Shown here piece after piece: positions 19,409 to 28,921 of a DNA stretch of 64,000 bases. Under the pieces are notes generated by a model, which was not told where the DNA came from, ran no database searches, and saw nothing but the letters and a program-made list of their open reading frames with translations. Source of the stretch: a virus (lineage: Duplodnaviria > Caudoviricetes); the IMG/VR virus record IMGVR_UViG_3300049988_000124, positions 243,822 to 307,821 of that record; one strand, 5' to 3'. A program made the position numbers and the translations under genes. Numbering within the stretch: position 1 is the stretch's first letter; each line of letters begins with the position of its first letter.

Positions 19409-19496
19409 GGACAGGTGGGTGAGTGGTTTAAACCAACGCTTTGCTAAAGCGTCGTACCTCCGGGTACCCCGAGTTCGAATCTCGGTCTGTCCGCCA
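19409..19496 (+). tRNA. tRNA-Ser(GCT)
   Basis: Acceptor GGACAGG/TCTGTCC, G73, CCA, loop TT-GCT-AA, long variable arm. Confidence 0.93.
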
Positions 19497-19522
19497 TACT
19501 TCTCAAACAAGGAGCATGACCC

Positions 19523-19720
19523 ATGGAAGTCGTCGTCATGGTGTTCTGGGTCATAGCGGTATTTTGTTGGTTGTTCAACGCTTCAGGTTTTGCGCTGGGT
19601 CATACCTACGATTACCAAACCAGGCGTCGAACTCACCACGGTACCAAAACGATGTTCTGGACAACAGTGCTCGTGGTCATGTATTACATACCCTGGCAAT
19701 CCTGGGGTATCTTTGCGTAA
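19523..19720 (+). CDS. small membrane protein
   Basis: AAGGAG RBS; two hydrophobic segments. Confidence 0.55.
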   Translation: MEVVVMVFWVIAVFCWLFNASGFALGHTYDYQTRRRTHHGTKTMFWTTVLVVMYYIPWQSWGIFA

Positions 19721-19787
19721 CGTCTTTTTCACAAAAAAGAAACAGGTTATAGAGAGGGAGGCATCAGCCTCCCTCTCTATAGTGCCT

Positions 19788-20774
19788 TTATTGTATCTTG
19801 GTCATCACGTCATCAGATTCGATCAGCTCGATTACTTTCAAAAGAGTTTTCCGGTCATTACTGGCCAGTATTCCACCCAAGATGTAATCAACTAGAATTC
19901 TCGAATACTGAATCTCCACTCTCTGCGCTCTCTCAGACTGACCAATCTTAACCAGATCTTCAGTAAACCACCGCAGTGCCTTGTACGCTATAGACACCGG
20001 ATTTTTTTGAAGGGTAAGGATGACCTTCCCATCACCTGACTTGAAATATTCGAAATTACCAAACTGGTAAGGAATGAGTGCTCTATCCAGGGAGAGTGAG
20101 CGATGCTCATATTCTTCCTTATTCAAGAAGTAATGCCCGCCAAGTAGGGAACTTTCAACTCCATCCAGAATGAATCGCACTTCTTCCTTGGGTGTAAAAC
20201 GTTCACGTCGGTGGGCAAAGTAAGCACCATCATCCACGACGGCATCGTTCATGTTGGTCACCAATATTCCTCGATTGTTGTAAACAATCATTTGGTTCTT
20301 GGTTGTCGAGTACTCACTGGGATGAGACACGACAAGTCCGTTGGGGTGATTGCGATACTTCGTTCGAGCTTTTGCTGGTCGATCTATGATCAGCGCGATC
20401 GATTCAGAGCCAGTATTAATCTCGAAGTAGAATCGACCAATTGTGGGGTGTGATTTAATCGAGACTACGTTGTGTCGGTAGGCGTTCTTGAAATGCTTCT
20501 TCATTCCACCTTCTTGGACGTAGAGATTCAAGTACAAGTAAGACGCCCAATTGGACTCGTCAATCTCTACACCAAAAGGGTGATAAACAGGAATCTCACA
20601 AAGAAACTTGTGGTTACTAGAGGCATCATGTTCCTTTGCTCGACTCAACTGCACATAAGTAACATCATTATTCTTGACCTGGTGGAGGACATCCACTATC
20701 ACATCAAACAAACCATTAATGTGAGTACCGTTTTGGTCTTCAACGATGTAGCTAGCTTGAGTAACGATCGTCAT
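19788..20774 (-). CDS. hypothetical protein, probably early
   Basis: 328-aa ORF, CAGGAG RBS, TATATTAC upstream. Confidence 0.7.
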   Translation of the reverse strand: MTIVTQASYIVEDQNGTHINGLFDVIVDVLHQVKNNDVTYVQLSRAKEHDASSNHKFLCEIPVYHPFGVEIDESNWASYLYLNLYVQEGGMKKHFKNAYRHNVVSIKSHPTIGRFYFEINTGSESIALIIDRPAKARTKYRNHPNGLVVSHPSEYSTTKNQMIVYNNRGILVTNMNDAVVDDGAYFAHRRERFTPKEEVRFILDGVESSLLGGHYFLNKEEYEHRSLSLDRALIPYQFGNFEYFKSGDGKVILTLQKNPVSIAYKALRWFTEDLVKIGQSERAQRVEIQYSRILVDYILGGILASNDRKTLLKVIELIESDDVMTKIQ

Positions 20775-20827
20775 TTGTTCGCTCCTGATTTAGCGAGTTT
20801 ATACCAAGCTTCATTCTTGGCATAAGA

Positions 20828-20835
20828 GTAATATA
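20828..20835 (-). promoter_or_regulatory. phiKZ-type early promoter core TATATTAC
   Basis: gtaatatagcgat on + strand. Confidence 0.7.
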
Positions 20836-20937
20836 GCGATAGGTGAGACTTGATAAATACCATTTTGAAAAAGGCCCATCAGGGCTTCATTGGCGACTCT
20901 CTTATGATCCCTTGCAGCAACACCCAAAAGGCCTCCT

Positions 20938-21285
20938 ATGACCCTTTCCACTCGTCACATCAAGGCAATCATTGTCGGGGTAATCGCTATCGTTCTAGGA
21001 TCAGTAGGTGGATCTATCTGGTACTTCAAGGATAACATCCGCACCGCTATCTATCGACCTTTCCGACAAGCCGCAACACTGAGTCAAGCCAAGTCATCGC
21101 CTCCCACTCAGATTACCGTGAAGCAGACGCTTCTGAATGCACCAGTTACTAAGTCTACCCCTGAGATAGTCAGGGTAACCAAGGTGCGCGAAGTTCACGT
21201 CGTCCAGCCAGTGATGACCAAGCGTAAGCTCAGTTCTTTTTGTAAGTATGACGCCTACAAGGATACACCCAGATGTCGAAAGTAA
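20938..21285 (+). CDS. putative i-spanin (Rz-like)
   Basis: Single N-terminal TM helix, periplasmic C-terminus with a Cys pair, overlaps a downstream lipoprotein gene. Confidence 0.5.
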   Translation: MTLSTRHIKAIIVGVIAIVLGSVGGSIWYFKDNIRTAIYRPFRQAATLSQAKSSPPTQITVKQTLLNAPVTKSTPEIVRVTKVREVHVVQPVMTKRKLSSFCKYDAYKDTPRCRK

Positions 21286-21602
21286 CACTCGCTGCTCTCC
21301 TGGTCGCCTCCCTTAGTCTCAGTGCGTGCGTCACTAGTCGCTATGAGATCCACTACACCAAGCCGTGTAGCACAGTGGTGCCCGATGACAACAAGAAGGC
21401 TGTACCCGGTGCTCCCCTCCCCACGATTGGTGATGGTGAGAACCTCCTGAAGTTCGGGGCTGATCAGACGGGTCAACTCGACAAGGCTAACAAGCTCAAC
21501 CGGGACAATCTACAGATTGTCACCAAGTGTGAGGAACATGATCGCTCAGCAGTGATCGTTCCCAAGCAGAAGGTGATCGGCATCGCCATCAAGAAAAAAT
21601 AA
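21273..21602 (+). CDS. putative o-spanin (Rz1-like lipoprotein)
   Basis: Lipobox LSAC after hydrophobic leader; QTGQLDKAN segment. Confidence 0.6.
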   Translation: MSKVTLAALLVASLSLSACVTSRYEIHYTKPCSTVVPDDNKKAVPGAPLPTIGDGENLLKFGADQTGQLDKANKLNRDNLQIVTKCEEHDRSAVIVPKQKVIGIAIKKK

Positions 21603-21650
21603 AGCAGGTAACAGTAGGGAGAGGCGAGTACCTCTCCCTACTACGTAGTG

Positions 21651-22514
21651 TTATCGTCCCTTGGACGGAGGAGGACTTCCAGGTATAGAAGCATGTTCGT
21701 ATCCAGCTGCTATGGCAGCAAGAATGACCATCTTGACCTCTTCACCTGTTCCGTAAGGTACGTAGAACTTGATGTCTTGTCCCACGAAGTGAATCGTATC
21801 ATCGATCGCAGCGGCGGGTGTGTTCTTGGTGACGATGTCGATACCGTTCAAGACTCTGGTACGGGTACCCTTCCTGATCCACAGACCACCTGTGTATTCG
21901 TCGTCAACGTTACTAAAGACTCTGGGACCTATACAGTCTTGCTCCATTGAGCTGGCATAAACTTCGTACCGACTTCCCTCTGGTGGAGGAATGATCTCGA
22001 AACCTCCTTTTCGGTACTTGCTGTACTCACTAACGTCGAAGACTAGGTTCATCGTACCATCATCGCGAACAATATTTAGTGAGTAATAAGTCTCACCTCG
22101 AAGAGCAACGGGACGACCCGGAATGACATTGAAGGCACCGTTCAGAGCAAGACTAATTGCGGTACTGAACCGAGTCTTGTACTTCTGACCATCTGCTCGA
22201 TAGTAGGTAGCGTTGTATTCACGGATAATCATCACCGACAACCAGTCGCCTAGCCGCTGCGCGATGAACTGAAAACCTTCTACCTGACCTTTATGGTCGT
22301 TGTGAAGCTCTTGGAGAAGGGTGTCTCTCCGCTTGAGTACTTCATGTTCTTTCTCGAGAACAAGGTTACGAAGGTGAGTGGTGTAGTAATCTTCAGGAGG
22401 AGTGGGTTCCGGTTTCACCTCAGTGGTTGAGTCGGTAGATGAGGTGGGTTCTTGATTACGCGCTATCGAATCAATCTCTTTACCAGCACCGCGTAGACGA
22501 TCAATCCAATTCAT
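21651..22514 (-). CDS. hypothetical protein
   Basis: 287-aa ORF with AAAGGA RBS. Confidence 0.7.
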   Translation of the reverse strand: MNWIDRLRGAGKEIDSIARNQEPTSSTDSTTEVKPEPTPPEDYYTTHLRNLVLEKEHEVLKRRDTLLQELHNDHKGQVEGFQFIAQRLGDWLSVMIIREYNATYYRADGQKYKTRFSTAISLALNGAFNVIPGRPVALRGETYYSLNIVRDDGTMNLVFDVSEYSKYRKGGFEIIPPPEGSRYEVYASSMEQDCIGPRVFSNVDDEYTGGLWIRKGTRTRVLNGIDIVTKNTPAAAIDDTIHFVGQDIKFYVPYGTGEEVKMVILAAIAAGYEHASIPGSPPPSKGR

Positions 22515-22536
22515 GGTTTTATCCTTTCCTTATTTC

Positions 22537-23199
22537 TCAAGTGAAGAGAGGGTATTCTTGCTTGGCACTCTCGCCACCCATCTTCTCGCGAATGACGTTG
22601 TCCACCACTGCCATCACCGCGCCCTTCACGACCATCATGTCTTTGGTAAGCTTAGGTGGTTTTGGTTTCTGGGGATATTGGGAGTTGAGCTTGACCACGA
22701 TCTCTAGAAGACTAAACCAGAGTAAGTCCTCACCCTTGTTCTGTTTGGACCAGTAAGCATTGATCTCTGCTCGAGAAGGTTCAGTGTAAAGGAAGCCGAG
22801 AAGTATGTCGCGGTCGGCGTTGGGTTCATCGCCAGATCCCCCATCGGTCATCCACCAACCAGATTGAAGACATACCGGAGTATATCCGATCGTGAGTTCA
22901 TTGTTCTGATCAGGCTGAATGATTACCTTCCACACTCTTCCTTGGTGATCCACCAGGACGTAGCGCCTTAGTGGATGATTAGCCCTTAGAACATCTGAGT
23001 GAACTGGAAACTCATCATCGGCTAATACGTGAAAAGGAACAGTGTTAGGGGTGAGAGGGTAGGCAAATCCGTAATGGGAGAAGAATATCTCCAGTGATGG
23101 TTTGGTGTAGTTGGTGGCAACACTCAGGGGACTGAGTTTTGGAGCGGGCTTAACGATAGCGAGAGACTCACAATCCCCGAAAATACGAAAGCCGGTCAT
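22537..23199 (-). CDS. hypothetical protein
   Basis: 220-aa ORF; start overlaps the upstream stop. Confidence 0.65.
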   Translation of the reverse strand: MTGFRIFGDCESLAIVKPAPKLSPLSVATNYTKPSLEIFFSHYGFAYPLTPNTVPFHVLADDEFPVHSDVLRANHPLRRYVLVDHQGRVWKVIIQPDQNNELTIGYTPVCLQSGWWMTDGGSGDEPNADRDILLGFLYTEPSRAEINAYWSKQNKGEDLLWFSLLEIVVKLNSQYPQKPKPPKLTKDMMVVKGAVMAVVDNVIREKMGGESAKQEYPLFT

Positions 23200-23816
23200 T
23201 CCTCTGTCTCCTCGGACTTGTGTGCCTTTGCTCGCCCTACTTTCATCTTCTCGTAGAGACCCTTATTCAGTAAGAGTGATGAGATGGGAACAATCGTGTG
23301 TTCCTTAGAACTGTAATGATCGAGTTCGTGTAGGACTCTGAAGACGTCCTTGAGCTTCGGCGTACGCATAGCGAGACCGGCAGCGATCATTCCTCCAGTA
23401 CCGATGCCAGCGTAATCACCGGCGATCCTGACTTGGAGTTGCTTATACTGACCAACGTACTTAACGACGAATCGATAGTAACGGTCAACGATGAACAATC
23501 GTCCATCGCGGTCGAAGACCTTCAGATAGTGATCGAGTATCTTCTTGTCGTCTAGTGGAATACCTCCGTTAGAGAAACCACTATTCACGTGGTGAGCTAA
23601 AGCTAATGAGAAGATCGTGGCGACGAGATCCCAAGTCTCTTTCTCATTAACTCGCTCGGGGAGAAACTCACCACACAGACCGATCATGAAGAATCGGTGA
23701 GGGGCCACGAAGATCTTCGGGTGATCAATGTCGACGACATACTTGTGTGGAAAATCTAGGTGAGTGACAGCATGGTCTGAGGCCATGTGCGTGGGGGTCA
23801 GGACCACGGTTGACAT
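23196..23816 (-). CDS. HslV/proteasome-beta-like Ntn hydrolase
   Basis: Start moved to MSTVVLTPTHMASD after GGAG; GIGTGG..A.G and LDHYS resemble Ntn-peptidase motifs. Confidence 0.55.
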   Translation of the reverse strand: MSTVVLTPTHMASDHAVTHLDFPHKYVVDIDHPKIFVAPHRFFMIGLCGEFLPERVNEKETWDLVATIFSLALAHHVNSGFSNGGIPLDDKKILDHYLKVFDRDGRLFIVDRYYRFVVKYVGQYKQLQVRIAGDYAGIGTGGMIAAGLAMRTPKLKDVFRVLHELDHYSSKEHTIVPISSLLLNKGLYEKMKVGRAKAHKSEETEE

Positions 23817-23901
23817 CGATGGTCTCCATATAGCTTGAGATAGGCTAAAGCCCTCTAGACGGCCTTGGAGGCCGTCTAGGAGGTACTCTAAGAAACAGGG
23901 A

Positions 23902-24225
23902 TCAGAAGTTGTTGGAAATCTCGAGCGGACGAGCGCAGCCGTTGCCAGCAGAACGCAGCGGTGCTGCCTTCTTGGGCGCTGCCTTCTCACCGACCTCCAG
24001 GGTGAAGGTACCATCGGTGGCACCGTCGATCGGCTTGATGGTGACCTGCGTATCCTTCTCGATACCCAGCGACTTGGCCGACTGCTCACCCAGCGAGATC
24101 TTGATGTTGGGCAGCGCGTCCAGTACGATGGACGACTTCTCATCGGGGTTCACCACCTTGGTGACGACGGTCTTGAACGATGTGTCAAACGTGATGCCAG
24201 CGGCGCTGAGCGTGATCGACTTCAT
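23902..24225 (-). CDS. small beta-rich hypothetical protein
   Basis: GAGGGA RBS, high GC3 codon use, TATATTAC upstream. Confidence 0.65.
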   Translation of the reverse strand: MKSITLSAAGITFDTSFKTVVTKVVNPDEKSSIVLDALPNIKISLGEQSAKSLGIEKDTQVTIKPIDGATDGTFTLEVGEKAAPKKAAPLRSAGNGCARPLEISNNF

Positions 24226-24314
24226 GGTTAATGTCCCTCGGTTTGTTCTATATCAGACTAGCTGACAGAGTAACAATTTATATACGACCAGATCGTGATT
24301 GCCTGATCATTCTG

Positions 24315-24322
24315 GTAATATA
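24315..24322 (-). promoter_or_regulatory. phiKZ-type early promoter core TATATTAC
   Basis: gtaatatagcgat on + strand. Confidence 0.7.
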
Positions 24323-24392
24323 GCGATAGAAGCTTTATGAGATGGAGGAGGGTTTCCCCTCCTCCATCATCGTAAGGAAAGAGCAGTGACGC

Positions 24393-24968
24393 TCAGGCTG
24401 GCATGACGACCTTGTCCATCGGCTTCAGGCTCTGGTCCACCTGGTCCAGGGGGATCTCAGCACCGCCCATTGCCGACTCGCCCTGGGTGCGAATGACGTA
24501 GGGTTCGGTTGGTTTGCCGCTGGTGAACTCGTGCGTGTTGGCGCTGGCGTTGTCGCCGCTGTTCTGCTTGACTGTGTCGAACACCATCAAGAGATGCGGG
24601 TCGGTTGCACCGCGCTCCATTCCTTCCTCCAGCGTGATGCTGGCCGAGATCTTGGCGCGCAGGAGCGTGTCATCATCGCTCTCGTGGCGTGAGCGGTAGA
24701 AGCAGACGGTCTTGCCGTCGATGTTGCTCATACCGATCAGGACGAGGGGAATAAGGAATGAGTTGGGAGTAGTGCTCGGGTCGAAGTCAGATCCCTCGAT
24801 CACACTCAGCTTGATCTGCTGATTGTTGGCGTTGCTGTTCTCGAAGGCGGTCGGCAGGTTATTCGTCGTGAAGTTCACGTCCCAATGCGCGCCCGCATCC
24901 TTGTCCAGCTGGTTCAGCCGCAGCGTCTTGCTGTTGCGAGGATCGTTGTTCCTGGTAAGCTCGATCAT
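24393..24968 (-). CDS. hypothetical protein
   Basis: 191-aa ORF, AAAGGAG RBS, high GC3. Confidence 0.7.
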   Translation of the reverse strand: MIELTRNNDPRNSKTLRLNQLDKDAGAHWDVNFTTNNLPTAFENSNANNQQIKLSVIEGSDFDPSTTPNSFLIPLVLIGMSNIDGKTVCFYRSRHESDDDTLLRAKISASITLEEGMERGATDPHLLMVFDTVKQNSGDNASANTHEFTSGKPTEPYVIRTQGESAMGGAEIPLDQVDQSLKPMDKVVMPA

Positions 24969-25121
24969 GAGATGCTCCTTTACCCGATGTTTGGTTTGTG
25001 GTACGAATGTTCCACAGACTATAGTCTATAGCAGGGTTGTTAAAAAGAATCTAACTGGTAGTATTTGTTTTCTACTATCATGTGACTACGCATCTATTTT
25101 TATACATCAAGGATTATCGGT

Positions 25122-25391
25122 ATGTTTCTCGACATTCAGGACTATGGTGGTTTCTCGTTCGGCGCAGGAACCGGCGATGCCAAGAAGGCATTGGTGGTAG
25201 GGTTAGATGGTGAACCCACTAATCCATCCCACAGACGCCATCAGCAACGACTAGCGTTCGCTGAATTCTACCGAAAGCAGAATGCGCGTCTTCGTAAACC
25301 TTGTCCTAAATGCGGAACACTGGTGCAGCCTAAGCTCTTAGGTCAGCACTATGATGCTTACCATCCCGGTACCGCCCACCCTTCTAACTAA
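25122..25391 (+). CDS. small protein with C2H2-like zinc finger
   Basis: CPKC..x9..HYDAYH; AAGGA RBS. Confidence 0.55.
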   Translation: MFLDIQDYGGFSFGAGTGDAKKALVVGLDGEPTNPSHRRHQQRLAFAEFYRKQNARLRKPCPKCGTLVQPKLLGQHYDAYHPGTAHPSN

Positions 25392-25405
25392 GGAGTTACC
25401 CGGCG

Positions 25406-25816
25406 ATGGGTGAGAAGATTCAAGTCGGACCAGAGAAGCTTAAAGTCTTCGCGGTCATGATCCACGAGGCCAACAAGGTCCTCTGTGAGTCGCAAGGCGA
25501 CAACAGCCAGGAGCATTGGAACGAAGCTCCCGGATACAACCACCAATCAGCCACGCTGACCGTGCGGGCTCTTTTCAAGAATCCCGACCTTACCCCGTCT
25601 GATCTCCACGATATCTGGATGGATGGTAAGAAGGCCGACGGTTGGTCCTACGGTGAGACCAAGGACCGCGACAAGAAGACGCATCCCTCAATGATCCCGT
25701 ACGCTGACTTGAGTGCACTCGAGAAGTATAAGGATCGCCTCGTCCTCAACATCGTCTTGAGCTACATCGATGAGATCGGGAGGGAGAGCTATGTCTTGGT
25801 TGATAAGGATAGCTAG
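25406..25816 (+). CDS. RyR (ryanodine receptor repeat) domain protein
   Basis: HDIWM..K.ADGWSYG..KDRDKKTHPSMIPY.DL...EKYKD. Confidence 0.85.
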   Translation: MGEKIQVGPEKLKVFAVMIHEANKVLCESQGDNSQEHWNEAPGYNHQSATLTVRALFKNPDLTPSDLHDIWMDGKKADGWSYGETKDRDKKTHPSMIPYADLSALEKYKDRLVLNIVLSYIDEIGRESYVLVDKDS

Positions 25817-26084
25817 AACAATAGGCACAGCCTTCCTGTTCGTCCTGATTCTACTGTGCGTGAATGTTGCTGCTAGTGCCTTGATTGTTCTATCAGCAAT
25901 CACGCTTCTGTGCGACATCGATCTCCTGGTTCGTTTCGTGTTCCTACCAGGAGTAGCACCTATCCAAGGGCTCCCTCTTCTTGGACTGAATGCGCTATTG
26001 ATTACCACTGCTCTATCTGGTTGGTTAGTTTACACACTTTCTACATTTTCCGACGCACTTGATTTCTCGTTTGATACATTGTGA
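25791..26084 (+). CDS. multi-TM membrane protein
   Basis: Almost wholly hydrophobic; GGAG RBS before MSWLIR. Confidence 0.55.
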   Translation: MSWLIRIARTIGTAFLFVLILLCVNVAASALIVLSAITLLCDIDLLVRFVFLPGVAPIQGLPLLGLNALLITTALSGWLVYTLSTFSDALDFSFDTL

Positions 26085-26114
26085 GTAGTAGAGGAGGCGT
26101 AATGCCTCCTCTAC

Positions 26115-26462
26115 TCACTTACCCATATGTACTTCTGTGGCGCGAAGCATCTCGTCGGTGACTTGTTTTACCGGCAAGACCGTGATACCTTTTCGGTGGT
26201 ACCGAGTGAGACGGTGGAGACCATCCACGACGGCCCACTTACCCCGGTAGCGAGCAACCAGGAGAGGGTAGCGGAGTTTGGCCATGCGTACGCGCTCCTC
26301 ATCGGCAACGTCGTGCTTTAAGACCCAGATGAGTTCACTGGTGTGAAGAAGGAAAGCTTTCTTGGGTCTAACCAGAAGCCTTACCTTGGATAGATCGTAG
26401 ACCTTACCGTTATGTGTAAAAGTGTCGTGGGGTGCGTCCATGATGATAATCCTGCTGGTCAC
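26115..26462 (-). CDS. ParB/Srx-like N-terminal domain protein
   Basis: YPLLV....WAVVDGLHRL motif. Confidence 0.65.
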   Translation of the reverse strand: MTSRIIIMDAPHDTFTHNGKVYDLSKVRLLVRPKKAFLLHTSELIWVLKHDVADEERVRMAKLRYPLLVARYRGKWAVVDGLHRLTRYHRKGITVLPVKQVTDEMLRATEVHMGK

Positions 26463-26519
26463 AGGATAGTGGACAAAAAATAACCTAAAGCTAGAGAGGA
26501 GGGTATTACCCTCCTCTCT

Positions 26520-26804
26520 TCACTGATTGACTAAGCTTCGGTACAAGTGATCAAGGACCTCGGTAGGGAGAGTTTTAAGCTTCTCTCGTTCCCATTCCCA
26601 TTTCTCATTGTGTTGATTACCAGTGAACTTCATCAACCCTCGGCGCACCAGCGCATCTGATTGAGTCATTCCCGGTTGCTTGTGACATCCACAGATGGCG
26701 TCAATGGTTTTATTGCGCTCGAAGGTGGACGGATCATTAACGGACAAGTTCGTATTCTTTTCTTTTGAGCCAAATAAGCTTCTTGACTTCAAAGATAAGT
26801 TCAC
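26520..26804 (-). CDS. hypothetical protein
   Basis: ORF in the minus-strand run; start uncertain. Confidence 0.45.
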   Translation of the reverse strand: MNLSLKSRSLFGSKEKNTNLSVNDPSTFERNKTIDAICGCHKQPGMTQSDALVRRGLMKFTGNQHNEKWEWEREKLKTLPTEVLDHLYRSLVNQ

Positions 26805-27021
26805 CGATGACCGAGTCTTTCTGATCGAGTAATCGAGTGACCACGTTCACCGGAAACTGTATACCAAATCTCTGTTCGAGATCATTGCGTATACCAGAAG
26901 TGCTACCCCCCAGTTGCATTAGTTGAGCAACTTCACGAGCAACAACACGGTGTAACGTTTTCATACTCATCGGGCGAGGAGTGAACCCTAGATTATAAAT
27001 CGCACTCATGGCGTAATCCAT
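26737..27021 (-). CDS. hypothetical protein
   Basis: Start moved downstream of the ACP stop (MDYAMS). Confidence 0.5.
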   Translation of the reverse strand: MDYAMSAIYNLGFTPRPMSMKTLHRVVAREVAQLMQLGGSTSGIRNDLEQRFGIQFPVNVVTRLLDQKDSVIGELIFEVKKLIWLKRKEYELVR

Positions 27022-27034
27022 TCTTGATGTTGTA

Positions 27035-27283
27035 TTATACCCCACCGGCCTTGGTCTTGTCGGCCACATACTCGACGACATCCTTGACGGTGCTCATCTG
27101 ATCAGCATCCTTGTCAGGAATCTCGATCTCGAACTCTTCCTCGATCGCCATCACGAGTTCAACGATGTCGAGACTGTCGGCTCCCAGATCATCGATCAGG
27201 TGTGAGTTGTCGTTGACGACCTTCTCTTCATGAACGACGTGCTTACTAATAAGCTCACGAACTTTGTCTGCAACATCTGCCAT
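27035..27283 (-). CDS. acpP: acyl carrier protein
   Basis: DDLGADSLDIVELVMAIEEEFEIEIPD with the phosphopantetheine Ser; acidic, 82 aa. Confidence 0.93.
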   Translation of the reverse strand: MADVADKVRELISKHVVHEEKVVNDNSHLIDDLGADSLDIVELVMAIEEEFEIEIPDKDADQMSTVKDVVEYVADKTKAGGV

Positions 27284-27301
27284 AGTCTTAGCCCTTTTCT
27301 A

Positions 27302-27718
27302 CTAAGCAGTAGCGAACTGCTCTGTGGTCTGTTCTTGAATACCGTGAAGATTGAACGAGTAGCTCAGCTTGCCCGAGTGCGACCCGTACATTCCAACAAC
27401 AACAGTGCTCAGTCGGTCACGTTCTGCTTGCGTGAGCTCTCGAACCTGGGGAACGGTGGTCATCACGTGCATGAGACCAAGACCCTCTACGAACTGTCCC
27501 CATACCAGATCACCTTTGCGCAACTGAGCGATGAAGAGTTCCCATGACTGATCATCGACACGCTCGAGGTGAGTGGTGTGGATTGCCGTACCATCCTTGA
27601 TCGTCTTGTGCGTCCAGTCTCCCCTGATCGCGACATAGTGTCCGCCCTTGGGAATCTTCTCGACTCCTTCGACCAAAGTGGGGTCGGGGTACCCCAGTGT
27701 TGGATCAACCCATTCCAT
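27302..27718 (-). CDS. hypothetical protein
   Basis: AAGGA RBS; packed in the operon. Confidence 0.6.
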   Translation of the reverse strand: MEWVDPTLGYPDPTLVEGVEKIPKGGHYVAIRGDWTHKTIKDGTAIHTTHLERVDDQSWELFIAQLRKGDLVWGQFVEGLGLMHVMTTVPQVRELTQAERDRLSTVVVGMYGSHSGKLSYSFNLHGIQEQTTEQFATA

Positions 27719-28328
27719 GATCTAATCCTTTCCTTGAGATAGTAACCGTGTGATTGATAAAGCGCGGCGGAAAAGGAGGTGTCCATTCTAAGCTAATGGT
27801 TCTGGGAGCGTGCTTACGCTTCCAATCACGTCTCGTTCCTTTGCGTCCCGCTCGTTTGCTAGGAATTCGTCCGTAGTTCACCTTCATCGAACAATGACGG
27901 TAGTTGCTCTCCGTTCTCACGATGGCCTCACATAGACCAAGAGTTTGCGCCATTATCTTTTTGAGTTGGTCTCTGTCGAGAAGCTTCGACCATTCCACGA
28001 ATATTCGTGGAGTAGACAGAAACTTATCTTCCAGAGTTCCCGGTAACATCCCTACTGGATCGTTGGTCACGGTGTGGAGTTGACTTCCATCCGGAAAGAC
28101 AGTGGTTAAACAGGTGACGTCTGGCGATGATGAGTAATCGACACTGTACTCGTGATCATCGTAGTAAACCAATGGGGCTGTGTGACCGCGCATTGGTTTA
28201 GGCAATTCGGCGACCGCCTTCTGAATAAAGGAGACGGCGGTTGCATTGGGATCACCTCCTTGATACAGCGAGGGATGACCATCGAGAAGTCCATCTTCAT
28301 TGAGTTCAGGTGGTTTCGACACGATCAT
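27705..28328 (-). CDS. hypothetical protein
   Basis: AGGAG RBS; packed in the operon. Confidence 0.6.
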   Translation of the reverse strand: MIVSKPPELNEDGLLDGHPSLYQGGDPNATAVSFIQKAVAELPKPMRGHTAPLVYYDDHEYSVDYSSSPDVTCLTTVFPDGSQLHTVTNDPVGMLPGTLEDKFLSTPRIFVEWSKLLDRDQLKKIMAQTLGLCEAIVRTESNYRHCSMKVNYGRIPSKRAGRKGTRRDWKRKHAPRTISLEWTPPFPPRFINHTVTISRKGLDHGMG

Positions 28329-28331
28329 CTC

Positions 28332-28646
28332 CTAATGAAGTTCGTGGGACATATTGGGATATTGTAGGTTATCCAGCCATTGACGATTCAATCGACGAAG
28401 TGTCGGACTATCGCGCGGATCCATTGCCCACCGGAAGTCAGCACCTTCTGTGTTAGCGTTATTGGCGAGCTTGCCTTTGAACTTACCTCGCTCAACGCTG
28501 AATCCTCCCCAAGCAATCAATTGCCCGTAGAGATTACGCACAACAACAGCGTCCACAGTGTTACCGAGAACAGTAACAGTACCGTAGCCTACAACTTTGG
28601 AGGAAGAATGAAGTCCCTTGACGAACTCATTGATAAGATCGTTCAT
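28332..28646 (-). CDS. hypothetical protein
   Basis: ATGA-type overlap with the neighbour. Confidence 0.6.
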   Translation of the reverse strand: MNDLINEFVKGLHSSSKVVGYGTVTVLGNTVDAVVVRNLYGQLIAWGGFSVERGKFKGKLANNANTEGADFRWAMDPRDSPTLRRLNRQWLDNLQYPNMSHELH

Positions 28647-28921
28647 GTTACTGGCTCGCTAACCTTCTTGTCTCTCTCCACTACTTGAGGAGGAATCCGC
28701 TTGAAGTTACATTGAGGCCATGCCGCCGATCGTTGCATACCCTTGGTGATGAAGGATAATACGCGGTTGTTCTTCTCGTCGTAGTAGAAGCCGACCTCCC
28801 AGACTTCATAGACGTCACCTACAGTCGGGTTATAAGGTACAGGTATCTTTCGACCACAACAAGTACAACGATCACTGATGCAGACGACCTTCTCACCCGG
28901 ATTGAATGGGTCTTCCATCAC
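28643..28921 (-). CDS. small SH3/KOW-like hypothetical protein
   Basis: FNPGEKVVC..., VGDVYEV; overlaps neighbours. Confidence 0.5.
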   Translation of the reverse strand: MMEDPFNPGEKVVCISDRCTCCGRKIPVPYNPTVGDVYEVWEVGFYYDEKNNRVLSFITKGMQRSAAWPQCNFKRIPPQVVERDKKVSEPVT

